DNA from: Abditibacterium sp.
GTDB taxonomy: Bacteria > Armatimonadota > Abditibacteriia > Abditibacteriales > Abditibacteriaceae
Assembly: GCA_965246885.1 (NCBI GenBank)
Contig: OZ251992.1
Span: 3,296,001-3,360,000 of the forward strand
Reading direction: 5' to 3'
Length of the DNA: 64,000 bases
The notes beneath the pieces are model-generated. The model saw only the letters and a program-made list of their open reading frames with translations. It was not told the DNA's origin and did no database searches. Positions 38,990-49,295 of this stretch are shown piece by piece. Position numbers and translations under genes: made by a program. Position 1 is the first letter of the stretch. Each line of letters starts with the position of its first letter.

Positions 38990-40534
38990 TCATCCCACCT
39001 GCTTCATCTTCAGCGCGAAGAGTTCGGCATCAATACGCGCGGCGATGCGGCGCCACTCTTCTTCTTCGAGCTTTCCATGTCGCTCGGCATCTTGATACGA
39101 CTTCTTTTCCGCCGCCAGCACCATGATACGCACTTCGGCAGACTGCTTCTCTTCGTGCAAACCGCCGTGCGCCGTAGGGAAAGCGGAGTTCGCTTCCAAC
39201 AATGCCAAGCGCCGCGTGTAATCGTGGGCGAGCGTTTCGATAATCCACTGGGGATACGCTTCGCTCATCCGCAGTTCATCCAAATAGGCAAGCGCGGCCT
39301 GCGTCGCCCCCAATTCGCTTTTCAGCCGCTTGTCATCACCCGGCATGCGCGCGGCCTCCCCGATTACATTCAAGTGCCCAAGCAACGGGCCGATAGTAAG
39401 CCCCTGCACCATCAGCGAAAACATCACAGCGCCAAAAGTGGCGGCGACGAGCGTGTCGCGCCCCGCCAGCCGTGTGGGAAGTCCCATTACCAGCGCCATC
39501 GAAAGCGCGCCGCGTAGTCCGCCCCACACCAAGACGTGTTGCCACGCTCGCGGCACTTGGGCGCCCATGCGGTTGACAATCCACGACAACGGGTAAATCA
39601 CGCTTCGCCCTAATAAAACCAAAAGCGCCGCGCTGAGGGCGAGGGCGATTTTGTGCTTCCAATCGAGTGCCACGACTTCGATGCCAACCAGAAGGAAGAT
39701 CAACGAGTTGACGACGAATCCCGCGTATTCCCAAAAGGCCGTGACCGCGAGGCGAACGCCCGGAGTCATCGCCTGTTGGCCGAAGTTGCCCAGTACAAGC
39801 CCCGCCGCGACCACAGCCATTACCCCCGAAACATGAAGTGTCTCTGCCGCCAAGTAAGACCCGAAAGCCACGAGAGTCGTCAGCGTGATTTCGACCAAAT
39901 GATCGTCCAGATTCTGGTGCAACCGCGTCGCGGCGGCGCCAAGGAGCGCGCCCAGAGCGGTGCCGCCCACGATGAGCCGCAAGAACTGCACGAAGCCCGC
40001 GCCCCACGAAAGCGTCCCGCCCAACGCCGCCGCCGTCAGCACCGAAAATAACACGACGGCCACCCCATCGTTGAACAGGCTTTCGGCTTCCATGATGAGC
40101 GTCAAACGCCGCCCCGCACCCAAGCGTTTGAAAATTGCCAATACCGAGATCGGGTCGGTTGCCGAAATCAACGCTCCAAAAATCAGCGCCGAAAGCAGCG
40201 GCACTCTCAACACCCACGCCGCCGTCACACCCACTAAAATGGTCGAAAGGATCGTCCCGGCAAAGGTGTACACCGCAATGGGCGCCCAGTTGCGGCGTAG
40301 AGAATCGAGTCGCAGATGGAGGGCGGCCTCGAACAGAAGCGGCGGCAGGAACACCGTAAACAGCAACGCCGGTTCGAGATGCGCTCCCGGAAAAAGCCGC
40401 GAGAGTCCGACGAGTAACCCAGTTACCACAAGCGCCAGCGCATAGGGCACGCGCAAGCGTCGCGCTAACAACGCCACCAAGAACGCGATGAGCAGCAACC
40501 AAAAGAACTGCGTGTTGGAGCCAAGGGTGTTCAT
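38990..40534 (-). CDS. CPA1 (NhaP/NhaG-type) Na+(K+)/H+ antiporter
   Basis: FLPPLLFE, ISATDPISV, ESLFNDG, WGGLRGA. Confidence 0.92.
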   Translation of the reverse strand: MNTLGSNTQFFWLLLIAFLVALLARRLRVPYALALVVTGLLVGLSRLFPGAHLEPALLFTVFLPPLLFEAALHLRLDSLRRNWAPIAVYTFAGTILSTILVGVTAAWVLRVPLLSALIFGALISATDPISVLAIFKRLGAGRRLTLIMEAESLFNDGVAVVLFSVLTAAALGGTLSWGAGFVQFLRLIVGGTALGALLGAAATRLHQNLDDHLVEITLTTLVAFGSYLAAETLHVSGVMAVVAAGLVLGNFGQQAMTPGVRLAVTAFWEYAGFVVNSLIFLLVGIEVVALDWKHKIALALSAALLVLLGRSVIYPLSWIVNRMGAQVPRAWQHVLVWGGLRGALSMALVMGLPTRLAGRDTLVAATFGAVMFSLMVQGLTIGPLLGHLNVIGEAARMPGDDKRLKSELGATQAALAYLDELRMSEAYPQWIIETLAHDYTRRLALLEANSAFPTAHGGLHEEKQSAEVRIMVLAAEKKSYQDAERHGKLEEEEWRRIAARIDAELFALKMKQVG

Positions 40535-40617
40535 CAAGCAGTTGCATAGTTTCCTCAAGGGGCAGAGATCTGACTCTTAGCGCAGTGACCTTCCAAACAC
40601 TTCCTTCAATGAGCGGT

Positions 40618-41235
40618 TTATTTTCCTGTCGCGTCGAGCGCCAAATTGAGTTCCAACACGTTGACGCCCGCTTCGCCGAGCACACCTAACCCGCGCCCTT
40701 GTGTATTGGCTTGGATAAGCGACTGGACTTTATCAAGCGACAAGTTGCGCGCTTTGGCGACGCGGGGCGCTTGCAGGGCGGCGTTTTCGGGCGAAATCTG
40801 CGGGTCGAGGCCGCTCGCGGAGCGCGTGACGGCATCGGCGGGGAGCGGCGCGTCGGACGCGAGGTTGTTCTCCGTCCGGTACGCCGCCGCCAATTGCTTG
40901 ATGCCGTCGTAGGCGTCCACTTTGGCCTTCTTGTCTTCCTTGACGCCGTTGATGAGTTTGTCCGATGTCGGGCCAAGGTTGGTGCCGCCCGACGAGGTGG
41001 CGTCGTAGCCGTTTCCGGCGGCGGAGGCGCGCGGGTGGAAGTAGATCGGCTTGGCGAAGGGCTGGCCAATCAAGCGCGAGCCGACGACCTTGCCGTTCTG
41101 TTCGATGAGAGAGCCGTTCGCTTGCGCTGGCATGGCGACCTTGGCGATGAGCGTGATGAGCGCCGGAAAGACGAGGCCGGTCAGGATGGTAAACGCCAGC
41201 ACGGACAGGATGGCGGGGCGAAGTTGTTTGAGCAT
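40618..41235 (-). CDS. kdpC: K+-transporting ATPase subunit C
   Basis: QANGSL, SRLIGQPF, YFHPR, SASGLDPQIS, VNVLELNLALD. Confidence 0.95.
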   Translation of the reverse strand: MLKQLRPAILSVLAFTILTGLVFPALITLIAKVAMPAQANGSLIEQNGKVVGSRLIGQPFAKPIYFHPRASAAGNGYDATSSGGTNLGPTSDKLINGVKEDKKAKVDAYDGIKQLAAAYRTENNLASDAPLPADAVTRSASGLDPQISPENAALQAPRVAKARNLSLDKVQSLIQANTQGRGLGVLGEAGVNVLELNLALDATGK

Positions 41236-41245
41236 GAGTTTTGGT

Positions 41246-41327
41246 TTAGCCACAGATGAACACCGAGGAACACAGATAAATAAGCCATCCAGAAAATCCG
41301 TGTCCATCCGTGTTCATCTGTGGCTAA
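41246..41327. repeat. REP-like element with 18-bp perfect inverted ends between kdpB and kdpC
   Basis: TTAGCCACAGATGAACAC / GTGTTCATCTGTGGCTAA. Confidence 0.8.
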
Positions 41328-41334
41328 TAATTTT

Positions 41335-43389
41335 TTACGCGAGGTGCAGCACGACGAGGATTTTGTCGAGGAGCCAGATGCACGGGAAGGGGACGACGAG
41401 GCCGCCCAAGCCGTAGATGAGCAGGTTGCGCTGGAGCGTTTTGGCGGCGCTTTGGGGTTTGTAGGGCACGCCTTTGAGGGCGAGGGGAATGAGCGCGATG
41501 ATGATGAGCGCGTTGAAGATAACCGCCGCAAGGATGGCGCTTTTGTCGTTGGAAAGGCCGATAAAGTTCAGCCGTTGCAAGGCGGGGAAGGTCGCCACGA
41601 ACATGGCGGGGATGATGGCGAAGTATTTCGCCACATCGTTGGCAATGGAGAAGGTGGTGAGCGCGCCGCGCGTCATGAGCAACCCCTTGCCGATTTCCAC
41701 GACTTCGATGAGCTTGGTCGGGTCGGAGTCCAAGTCCACCATGTTGCCCGCTTCTTTGGCGGCCTGCGTGCCGGTGTTCATCGCCACGCCGACGTCGGCT
41801 TGCGCGAGGGCGGGCGCGTCGTTCGTGCCGTCGCCGGTCATGGCGACCAGCTTGCCGTCGGCCTGCTCCTTTTTGATGAGTTCCATCTTGTCTTCGGGCG
41901 TGGCCTGCGCGAGGAAGTCGTCCACGCCCGCCTCGCCCGCGATGGACTTGGCGGTAAGCGGGTTGTCACCGGTAATCATCACGGTGCGGATGCCCATCGC
42001 GCGCAGCGAATCGAAGCGCTCCTTCATGCCGGTCTTCACGATGTCCTTCAGGTAAATAACGCCCAACACGCGGTTGCCCGACGAGACGCCCAAAGGCGTG
42101 CCGCCCAGTTGCGAGATGCGCGTGACTTCGGCGTCGAACTCCGGCGGGACACTGCCGCCGTGCGACTCGACCCACTTTTTCACCGACTCGCCCGCGCCCT
42201 TGCGGACGGACTCGCGCCCGTAGTCCACGCCGCTCATGCGGGTTTGTGCGGTGAACTCGATCCACTCGGCGCCGGGGATGGAGCTTTGCTCGCGGTCGCT
42301 CAAACCGTACTTGTCGCGCGCCAACACGAGGATGGAACGGCCTTCGGGCGTCTCGTCGGCGAGCGAGGACAGTTGCGCGGCCTCGGCGATTTCGCGCTCG
42401 GACACGCCCGGCATGGCGGCGAACTCGGCGGCTTGGCGGTTGCCGTAGGTAATGGTGCCGGTCTTGTCGAGGAGCAGGGTGTTGACATCGCCCGCCGCTT
42501 CGACGGCTTTGCCCGACATCGCCAGCACGTTGTGCTGCATGACCCGATCCATGCCCGCGATGCCGATGGCGCTGAGCAACCCGCCGATGGTGGTGGGAAT
42601 CAAGCAGACGAGCAACGCGACCAGCACGGGAATAGTGGGCGCCGCGCCTTGGCCCGCGCCGCGCACCGAGTAATTGGCGAAGGGCAGAAGCGTCACGACG
42701 GCGAACAGGAAGACGATGGTCAGGCCCGACAGGAGGATGGAAAGCGCAATCTCGTTGGGCGTCTTTTGGCGCTGGGCGCCTTCGACCAAGGCAATCATGC
42801 GGTCCAGAAAAGATTCGCCGGGGTTCTGGGTGATGCGGATAACGATGCGGTCGGACAGAACCTTTGTGCCGCCCGTGACGGCGGAGCGGTCGCCGCCCGA
42901 TTCGCGGATGACGGGCGCCGATTCGCCGGTGATAGCCGACTCGTCCACTGCCGCGACGCCCTCGATGATTTCGCCGTCGCCGGGAATGCCGTCGCCCGCT
43001 TCGCAGACGACGATGTCGCCCTTGCGCAGTTCGCTCGACGCCACGACTTCTTCTTTGCCGTTCACGATGCGGCGCGCGTTGGCCTGCGTTTTGGCTTTGC
43101 GGAGCGTGTCGGCCTGCGCCTTGCCGCGCCCTTCGGCGATGGCTTCGGCGAAGTTGGCGAAGAGGACGGTGAACCACAACCAGAGCGAGATTTGCCCCGT
43201 GAAGAGGGCGTTGCCGGTGTGCCCGAACACGTCCTTGAGCCACAGATAAGTCGTGACGATGGAGCCGACATACACGACGAACATGACCGGGTTCTTGGCG
43301 ACGGCGCGCGGGTCTAACTTGCGAAGCGCGTCGCCCAAAGCGCGGCGCACGATGGCGCCGTCGAACATGGAAACGGATTTGGATTTCAT
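41335..43389 (-). CDS. kdpB: K+-transporting P-type ATPase subunit B
   Basis: [29 protein letters not shown]. Confidence 0.97.
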   Translation of the reverse strand: MKSKSVSMFDGAIVRRALGDALRKLDPRAVAKNPVMFVVYVGSIVTTYLWLKDVFGHTGNALFTGQISLWLWFTVLFANFAEAIAEGRGKAQADTLRKAKTQANARRIVNGKEEVVASSELRKGDIVVCEAGDGIPGDGEIIEGVAAVDESAITGESAPVIRESGGDRSAVTGGTKVLSDRIVIRITQNPGESFLDRMIALVEGAQRQKTPNEIALSILLSGLTIVFLFAVVTLLPFANYSVRGAGQGAAPTIPVLVALLVCLIPTTIGGLLSAIGIAGMDRVMQHNVLAMSGKAVEAAGDVNTLLLDKTGTITYGNRQAAEFAAMPGVSEREIAEAAQLSSLADETPEGRSILVLARDKYGLSDREQSSIPGAEWIEFTAQTRMSGVDYGRESVRKGAGESVKKWVESHGGSVPPEFDAEVTRISQLGGTPLGVSSGNRVLGVIYLKDIVKTGMKERFDSLRAMGIRTVMITGDNPLTAKSIAGEAGVDDFLAQATPEDKMELIKKEQADGKLVAMTGDGTNDAPALAQADVGVAMNTGTQAAKEAGNMVDLDSDPTKLIEVVEIGKGLLMTRGALTTFSIANDVAKYFAIIPAMFVATFPALQRLNFIGLSNDKSAILAAVIFNALIIIALIPLALKGVPYKPQSAAKTLQRNLLIYGLGGLVVPFPCIWLLDKILVVLHLA

Positions 43390-43404
43390 GGGAGTTCCGA
43401 GGGC

Positions 43405-45153
43405 TTAGGAGAACGTCTTCCCCGCGTTCATCAGGAAGTGTTCGACGACGGGGCCGAGCGCGAGGACGGGGAAGTAGGTAAGCGCGCCAACGATGATGAT
43501 GGTGCCGCACAAGACGGCGACGAAGGTGCCGGAATCGGTCGGGAAGGTGCCGCTCGTGGTGGGCGTGTATTTCTTCTTGGCGAGGCTGCCCGCGATGGCA
43601 AGGAGCGGGATAATCATCAAGAAGCGGCCAACGAGCATGGCGATGCCGAGCGTGACGTTATAGAACGGGGTGTTGGCCGAAAAGCCCGCGAAGGCGCTGC
43701 CGTTGTTGCCGGTCGCGCTCGTGAAAGCGTAGAGAATCTCGCTCAGCCCGTGCGGGCCGGAGTTGTTGACGTTGGAAAACGTCGGGCCGTAGGTGCCATT
43801 GATGCCGCCCGTTGGAAGCGACAAGTTGGCGCCCAAGGCGGCGAAGCCGAGGATGGAGGCGGCGAGGACGAGGACGGCGAGCATGGCCATCTTCACCTCG
43901 TAGCCCTCGATCTTCTTGCCGATGTATTCGGGGGTGCGCCCGACCATCAGGCCCGCGATGAAGACGGCGAGAATGGCGAACATCAGCATGCCATACAAGC
44001 CCGCGCCCACGCCGCCGAAGATGCACTCCCCCGACAGGATGTTGAGGAGCGGCACGAGGCCGCCGATGGGCGTGAAGGAGTCGTGCATGGCGTTGACGGC
44101 GCCGCAACTGGCGTCGGTCGTAATCACCGCGAACAGGGCGGAGTTGGCTATGCCAAATCGCGTCTCTTTCCCTTCCATATTGCCGCCCGGAACGCCAAGG
44201 GCATGGACGAGCGGGTTGCCGACCGCTTCGGCGTTGTAACACACGACGGTGCCCAGCAGAAAGAGGGCGAACATGGCGCCCAGCAGCGCGTAGCCTTGCT
44301 TGACGTTGCCGACCATCTTGCCGAAGGTGTAGGTGAGCGCGGCGGGAATCAGGAAGATGCTGAGCATCTGCAGGAAGTTGCAAAGGGGAGTCGGGTTCTC
44401 GTAGGGATGCGCGGAGTTGGCGTTGAAAAAGCCGCCGCCGTTGGTGCCGAGCATCTTGATGGCTTCCTGCGACGCGACGGGGCCTTGCGCGAGGGTCTGT
44501 TTGGCGCCCTCGACGGTCGTGACCGCCGTGTAGGGGCTAAAGTTCTGCGGCACGCCTTGCCACACTAAAACCAGCGCGAACACAAGCGACAAGGGCAGCA
44601 GGATGTACAGCGTCGAGCGCGTCACGTCCACCCAGAAGTTGCCGATGCCGCTCGCGGTGCGCCGCGCGATGCCGCGCACAAGGGCGATGGCAACCGCCAA
44701 ACCCGCCGCCGCGCTCATCCAGTTGTGAATGGCGAGGGCCACCATGTTCGACCCATACGACACGGTGGCTTCAGGCGTGTAGGCCTGCCAGTTGGTGTTG
44801 GTCGAGAACGACGCGGAGGTATTGAACGCCAGATCGGGCGTCATCTCCTTGCCGCCGAAGCCCTGCGGGTTGAAGGGCAAACTGCCTTGCAAGCGCAACA
44901 GGGCGTAGGTCAGCACGACGCCCACCAGCGAGAACGCCAGAAGCGCGAAAGCATATTGCGTCCACGTCTGGTCGTCGCGGTTCTCGTCCACGCCAAAGGC
45001 GCGATACAGCGCGCGCTCGAAGGGGCCGATAACGGGCGAGAGGACGGTGCGCTCGCCCTCAAACACGCGCGCCATATACGCGCCGAGCGGCTTGACGGTG
45101 AGGAGGAGCACGCCGCAATACAGCAGGATTTGAAGGATTCCTTGGGAAGTCAT
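43405..45153 (-). CDS. kdpA: K+-transporting ATPase subunit A
   Basis: [29 protein letters not shown] selectivity-filter segments; start ATG 45153. Confidence 0.96.
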   Translation of the reverse strand: MTSQGILQILLYCGVLLLTVKPLGAYMARVFEGERTVLSPVIGPFERALYRAFGVDENRDDQTWTQYAFALLAFSLVGVVLTYALLRLQGSLPFNPQGFGGKEMTPDLAFNTSASFSTNTNWQAYTPEATVSYGSNMVALAIHNWMSAAAGLAVAIALVRGIARRTASGIGNFWVDVTRSTLYILLPLSLVFALVLVWQGVPQNFSPYTAVTTVEGAKQTLAQGPVASQEAIKMLGTNGGGFFNANSAHPYENPTPLCNFLQMLSIFLIPAALTYTFGKMVGNVKQGYALLGAMFALFLLGTVVCYNAEAVGNPLVHALGVPGGNMEGKETRFGIANSALFAVITTDASCGAVNAMHDSFTPIGGLVPLLNILSGECIFGGVGAGLYGMLMFAILAVFIAGLMVGRTPEYIGKKIEGYEVKMAMLAVLVLAASILGFAALGANLSLPTGGINGTYGPTFSNVNNSGPHGLSEILYAFTSATGNNGSAFAGFSANTPFYNVTLGIAMLVGRFLMIIPLLAIAGSLAKKKYTPTTSGTFPTDSGTFVAVLCGTIIIVGALTYFPVLALGPVVEHFLMNAGKTFS

Positions 45154-45157
45154 GGCT

Positions 45158-45244
45158 TTAGAAGCGTTCCGGCTTGAGTAGCGCGAAAAGCAGATAACCG
45201 AGCAGGCCCAGCGACAAGAGGGCGGACAGGATGAGGTCGAACAT
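45158..45244 (-). CDS. kdpF: K+-transporting ATPase subunit F (28 aa)
   Basis: Hand translation [37 protein letters not shown] signature. Confidence 0.92.
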   Translation of the reverse strand: MFDLILSALLSLGLLGYLLFALLKPERF

Positions 45245-45257
45245 GGTGCGGAAAGGG

Positions 45258-45341
45258 TTAGGCGCCCTCGCAAAACGACACATAAAGCGCCGCGAGCGCG
45301 AAGAACGCGAGGGTCAAAACGAGCAGGAAAAGGTCGAGCAT
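45258..45341 (-). CDS. 27-aa single-TM peptide upstream of kdpF
   Basis: [27 protein letters not shown] with a strong SD (GGGAGGT) 8 nt upstream. Confidence 0.75.
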   Translation of the reverse strand: MLDLFLLVLTLAFFALAALYVSFCEGA

Positions 45342-45519
45342 GGCTTACGACCTCCCGTCGAAGCGGCGCCCTTGGCAAGCGCGCGCAATGCGCGCTTTTT
45401 GCGCCTTGGTCGGGTGGCAATACAGCCACAGCAAACTGCCCCATGCGGCGCCAACCAGCGCCAAATCTTGAAGACCGTGCATTGCGTTTTAACTCCGTGA
45501 AGCACCCGCCCCGCGCCCG

Positions 45520-45587
45520 AAAACGAAAAAGGAGGCCGAAAAGCCGCCACCGCGCGCTTGCGGGTGACTGGCTTTTCGGCCTCCTTT
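45520..45587 (-). terminator. intrinsic terminator/attenuator in the kdp leader
   Basis: Perfect 18-bp stem 45528-45545 / 45570-45587, followed by TTTTTCGTTTT on the minus strand. Confidence 0.8.
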
Positions 45588-45680
45588 GGGACGGGCCGCG
45601 CGGGGAAAGATGTCTGCGCGCGGCCCTTCTTCTTGGCAACCAAGATGGGTTCTTCTATTGTCTTGTCTTTCGACTGCTTC
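45588..45680 (-). promoter_or_regulatory. structured RNA leader (unassigned) directly 5' of the terminator
   Basis: Minus-strand hairpins GUC-GAAA-GAC, UCUUGG-UUG-CCAAGA and GGGCCGCGCG..CGCGCGGCCC. Confidence 0.5.
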
Positions 45681-45718
45681 CAGATTAGCGCGTTCCCACC
45701 CATTCGCGCAAGGGCGCA

Positions 45719-46102
45719 TTACCTCCGTCCGGCGAATAGCTTCTCGACGTTTTGCGCCAACACATACACCTCGACCTGCTCGGCGGCCTCGACGCTCAGG
45801 TCGCAGTGGGAACGCAGCACCGGGCAACCCGCCAAGCCCGCCACCACGTCCTCGATTTCGGCGTGATTAATGGAGCGTAACTCTTGCCGCGCGCTTTTGA
45901 TGAGCTTGCGCCCCCCGTCGGATGCGCACAGCTTTTCTTCGACGGATGTGAGAATCGCGGTGCAACGCACCAGCACCATATCGCCGACCAAATGGGCGCG
46001 CACTTCGCCCGGCCCGCGCCCTTGTTGCTCGCGGTGAAAGCGGGTGACGGCGGTGGCAATCTCGGCTTCAAAGGCGCCTTTGGAAGGGAAATTCATCGGC
46101 AA
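45719..46102 (-). CDS. DUF2294 / MpsC family protein
   Basis: EAEIATAVTRFHREQQGRGP..DMVLVR..LTSVE..GRKLIKSAR..H.D.S pattern. Confidence 0.85.
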   Translation of the reverse strand: MPMNFPSKGAFEAEIATAVTRFHREQQGRGPGEVRAHLVGDMVLVRCTAILTSVEEKLCASDGGRKLIKSARQELRSINHAEIEDVVAGLAGCPVLRSHCDLSVEAAEQVEVYVLAQNVEKLFAGRR

Positions 46103-46117
46103 CAGCGCAAGGTGATT

Positions 46118-47275
46118 TTACGGCAAGGCGAGTTGCAGCGCGCCTAAAAAGCGGGCGGCCCCGGCGCCATTCACCAAGCGGTGATCGCACGTAAGCACCA
46201 AACGCGCGCGGCGTTCCCAACGCAGGCCAGCCTCGCCTACGCGCACGGGTGCATCGTAGGGGGTGCCGATAAAGAGCGTCGCGGTCGCGGGCGGCACGAC
46301 CAAGGGGATGGCCGACAAAATCCCGGCGCGCGACAGGTCGGAGATGATCAGTTGCGCTTCGCCGTGCGACTTTTCCCCGGCGCGAATGGACGCGATCGCG
46401 GCGCGACTGGCGCGGCTAAAGCCCTCGAAGTCGAGCGTTTCGGCGCGCGACACGACGGCGACGGCGAGTTCGTCCGCTTCGAGCGCGACCGCGAACCCGA
46501 CGTTGACGTGCCTCCACTCGCGCAAAAGCCCGCCGCGCTTCCATGTGGAGCAAAAGCGGCGGTGCTCGCCCATCACGCGCGCAATGGCCCAGCCGATGAC
46601 GTGAAGCGGCGTGACTTTGAGCGGGTTGGCGCCAATGTGCGCCGCGCGCTGATTCTCGACTTCGCGCTCGATGGCGTCCCACGACACCTCGATTTCCAAG
46701 ATGGCGGGCACCACTTCGCGCCATGCGCTTTCCAAATGCGCGGCCAAGCGCGCTTGACGGGGCGACAGAGGACGCTCGACGAACGGCTCGAAGGAAGCGG
46801 CTTCGCTGGCTTTGTGTTCGATGTGCGCGCGCAGTTCTCCCTGCGAAACGCGCCCGCCGGAGTCGCGCGCGAGGGTGTCCAACTCGCGCGCTGAAACGCC
46901 CTCGCCCCGTGCGGTTGCGCGTTCGCGCGGCGCGGCGGCGCCGTTGCAAACCGCCCCCGCGCCACTTCCAGCCGCGTGTGCGACCTCGGCGGGCGCATGA
47001 GTGGGAGCGGCAACTTCATCGGGGGCGCCCGTCGCTTGCGGGGTGGCGATGCGGCACACGACAGCGCCGATTTGCGCGTCGTCGTCCACCTTGACCAGCC
47101 ACTCTTCGACCAGCCCCGCGACGGGCGACTCTAAGCTCATGATGGCTTTGTCGGTCTCGATTTCAAGGAGCGGCTCGTCGCGCTCGACGCGCTCTCCGGC
47201 GGCTTTCCAGAGTGTCACGACGCGGGCGCCGACCAAGCCTTCGCCCAATTGGGGGATTTTAAAAGGAAACGTCAT
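46118..47275 (-). CDS. 2-oxoacid dehydrogenase E2-like (lipoyl + acyltransferase)
   Basis: IPQLGEG, IETDKA lipoyl Lys, C-terminal CDHRLVNG; start ATG 47275 overlaps the E1 stop. Confidence 0.85.
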   Translation of the reverse strand: MTFPFKIPQLGEGLVGARVVTLWKAAGERVERDEPLLEIETDKAIMSLESPVAGLVEEWLVKVDDDAQIGAVVCRIATPQATGAPDEVAAPTHAPAEVAHAAGSGAGAVCNGAAAPRERATARGEGVSARELDTLARDSGGRVSQGELRAHIEHKASEAASFEPFVERPLSPRQARLAAHLESAWREVVPAILEIEVSWDAIEREVENQRAAHIGANPLKVTPLHVIGWAIARVMGEHRRFCSTWKRGGLLREWRHVNVGFAVALEADELAVAVVSRAETLDFEGFSRASRAAIASIRAGEKSHGEAQLIISDLSRAGILSAIPLVVPPATATLFIGTPYDAPVRVGEAGLRWERRARLVLTCDHRLVNGAGAARFLGALQLALP

Positions 47276-49215
47276 AACGACAGGGAATGGCGCATTGTCA
47301 AGCGCACCGCGTCCGCGACGCGCTCGGCGTCGGGCAACACCCTCTCCTCCAGTTTGGGGTGAAAGGGCACTTGCACGTCGGGCCGCGTCACCAGTTGCGG
47401 CGGCGCGGCGAAGTAGTCCCACGTCCGCGCTTGCGCTGTCAGGCGCGCGATGACCGTCGCGCCAAAGCTCGCCGTCTCGTTGTCCTCTTGGATGACCACG
47501 AGCCGCCCCGTCTTTTGGAGCGACCGCTCCACGCTCGCCCAATCACACGGCACCAGAAAGCGCAGGTCTATCACTTCCGCCTCGATGTTCTCGCCCGCCA
47601 AAAGCGCCGCCGCTTCGAGCGCGACCTCGACCGTGTTGCCCCACGCGACAAGAGTCGCGTCCCGCCCCGCGCGGCGCGTCAAGGCCCCCACGCCCTGTCC
47701 CCCATTGAGCGCGAGCGGCATGGCGGCCCGCCGGAACAAGCGCTTGGGCAACAGGAGCAGCGTCGGGTCATCGGCGTTCAGAGCGTCCCGAAAGAGTTCG
47801 ACGGCGCACCCCGGCGTCGAAGGCACGCTTACGCGTAGCCCCGGCGTGTGCGTCCACCAGCCCTCCCCGGTCTGCGAATGCCAAGGCCCGCCTGCCGGAA
47901 GATACGCCCCACACGGCGCCAGCAAAACAAGGGGACACGCGAACTCTCCGGCGCTTCGCCAGCGCAATGTCGCGGCCTGATTGACCAACTGATTGAACGC
48001 CGGAGCCAGAAAATCAATGAACTGAATTTCAAAAACAGGCCGCCAACCCGTCGCCGCCAACCCCACGCCCGCTCCGACTATGGTCGCTTCGGCGAGCGGG
48101 GAGTTCTCGACGCGCCCCGGAAACTCGGTCGAAAGTCCCCGCGTCAGCCCGAACACGCCGCCCTTGGGGTCTTCGATGTCCTCGCCAAACAAGAGCACGC
48201 GCGGGTCGTCCGCGAGGGCGCGCCGCAGTTCGGCGCCCAGCGCCTCGACCATCGTTTCTTCGCCACGCGCGTTGGCGTAGGGCAGCTTGTTCGCGGAGGA
48301 GAACTCCGGGACAGCGAGAACGTTGCTCAGGGCTTCCGACGCGACGGGCGCGCGCTCGGCGTTCTGGTAATCGGCGTCCACATCGGCGGCGATGCGCGCC
48401 AAGTCGTCGGCCCAGCCCTCCGCCGTCAGCGCGCCTTCTTCCATCAGCGCGTCGCGCAGGAGGGAAATGGGGTCGCGCGTTGCCATTTCTTCGATGTCCT
48501 CTGCCGTGCGATACACGCGGTGATCGTCCGACAGGGTGTGCGACCACAATCTGTCCAACTCGCACCACAACACGCGCGGGCCGTTTCCCTCGCGCAACTC
48601 CTCGACGGCGCACCGCGCGGCCTTGGAGAGGGCGAGCGCGTCGCGGCCATCCACCCGCGTCAGGATGCCCTCGTTGAGGGCGCCGATGTTCCAAGGCGTC
48701 ATCCGCGCGGTCGGCGTCGAGATGCCGTAACCGTTATCCGCCACGACAAACAAAACCGGCAACGACTCCTGCAAAGCGAAGCAAAGCGCCTCGTAGAACT
48801 CGCCTTGGCGCGTGGAAGCGTCGCCGATAAAGCAGACCGACACGGCGCCGTCCCCACTTTTCTTCATGCCCCACGCGGCGCCCACGCACGGGAGGCACTG
48901 TATCCCCGTCGGCGTGGCGGACGGGAAGATGCCCCCCTTTTGGCTTCCGAAGTGGCTGCTCATCAAGCGCCCCGCGCCGATGCCGTCGCGCTTGCCGAAG
49001 AAATTGAGCGCAATTTGATAATTGGTCTCGCCGCGCGCAAGGGCAACGGCGCGCTCGCGGTAGTAGGGAAACACCCAGTCGCCCTCGCGCAGCGGAGCGC
49101 AAACGGCGGCGAGCGCCTCGTGTCCGGCGCCGGGCACTTGCAAAAACCCGCGCCCTTGGCGCACGAGAATGCCCTCGCGCCGGTCGCCCTCGCGCGAAGT
49201 CGCCATGAGGCGCAA
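47272..49215 (-). CDS. fused 2-oxoacid dehydrogenase E1 alpha/beta (TPP-dependent)
   Basis: GHEA, PYYR, GDASTRQG..ADN TPP motif, GEDI..GGVF, NSPLAE, EIQF; start uncertain. Confidence 0.9.
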   Translation of the reverse strand: MRLMATSREGDRREGILVRQGRGFLQVPGAGHEALAAVCAPLREGDWVFPYYRERAVALARGETNYQIALNFFGKRDGIGAGRLMSSHFGSQKGGIFPSATPTGIQCLPCVGAAWGMKKSGDGAVSVCFIGDASTRQGEFYEALCFALQESLPVLFVVADNGYGISTPTARMTPWNIGALNEGILTRVDGRDALALSKAARCAVEELREGNGPRVLWCELDRLWSHTLSDDHRVYRTAEDIEEMATRDPISLLRDALMEEGALTAEGWADDLARIAADVDADYQNAERAPVASEALSNVLAVPEFSSANKLPYANARGEETMVEALGAELRRALADDPRVLLFGEDIEDPKGGVFGLTRGLSTEFPGRVENSPLAEATIVGAGVGLAATGWRPVFEIQFIDFLAPAFNQLVNQAATLRWRSAGEFACPLVLLAPCGAYLPAGGPWHSQTGEGWWTHTPGLRVSVPSTPGCAVELFRDALNADDPTLLLLPKRLFRRAAMPLALNGGQGVGALTRRAGRDATLVAWGNTVEVALEAAALLAGENIEAEVIDLRFLVPCDWASVERSLQKTGRLVVIQEDNETASFGATVIARLTAQARTWDYFAAPPQLVTRPDVQVPFHPKLEERVLPDAERVADAVRLTMRHSLSL

Positions 49216-49295
49216 AAGTGGAATGAAAGAATGGATGATGGAGATTGTAGGACAAGCGGGCCGGGAGAAGGTAGCAACCGTACAAGACTTGGCGT

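Noticed and set aside
41320..44568. Long plus-strand ORFs (665 aa, 376 aa)
   Set aside because: Antisense shadows of kdpB and kdpA; the same applies to 33219-35162, 47848-49878 and 25323-26945.
45342..45718. c-di-AMP (ydaO) riboswitch expected ahead of kdp/kimA
   Set aside because: Could not find the GCUGAAUC / GGGGUGAAUC / CCCGUCAGCUAAC elements; reported as an unassigned leader instead.
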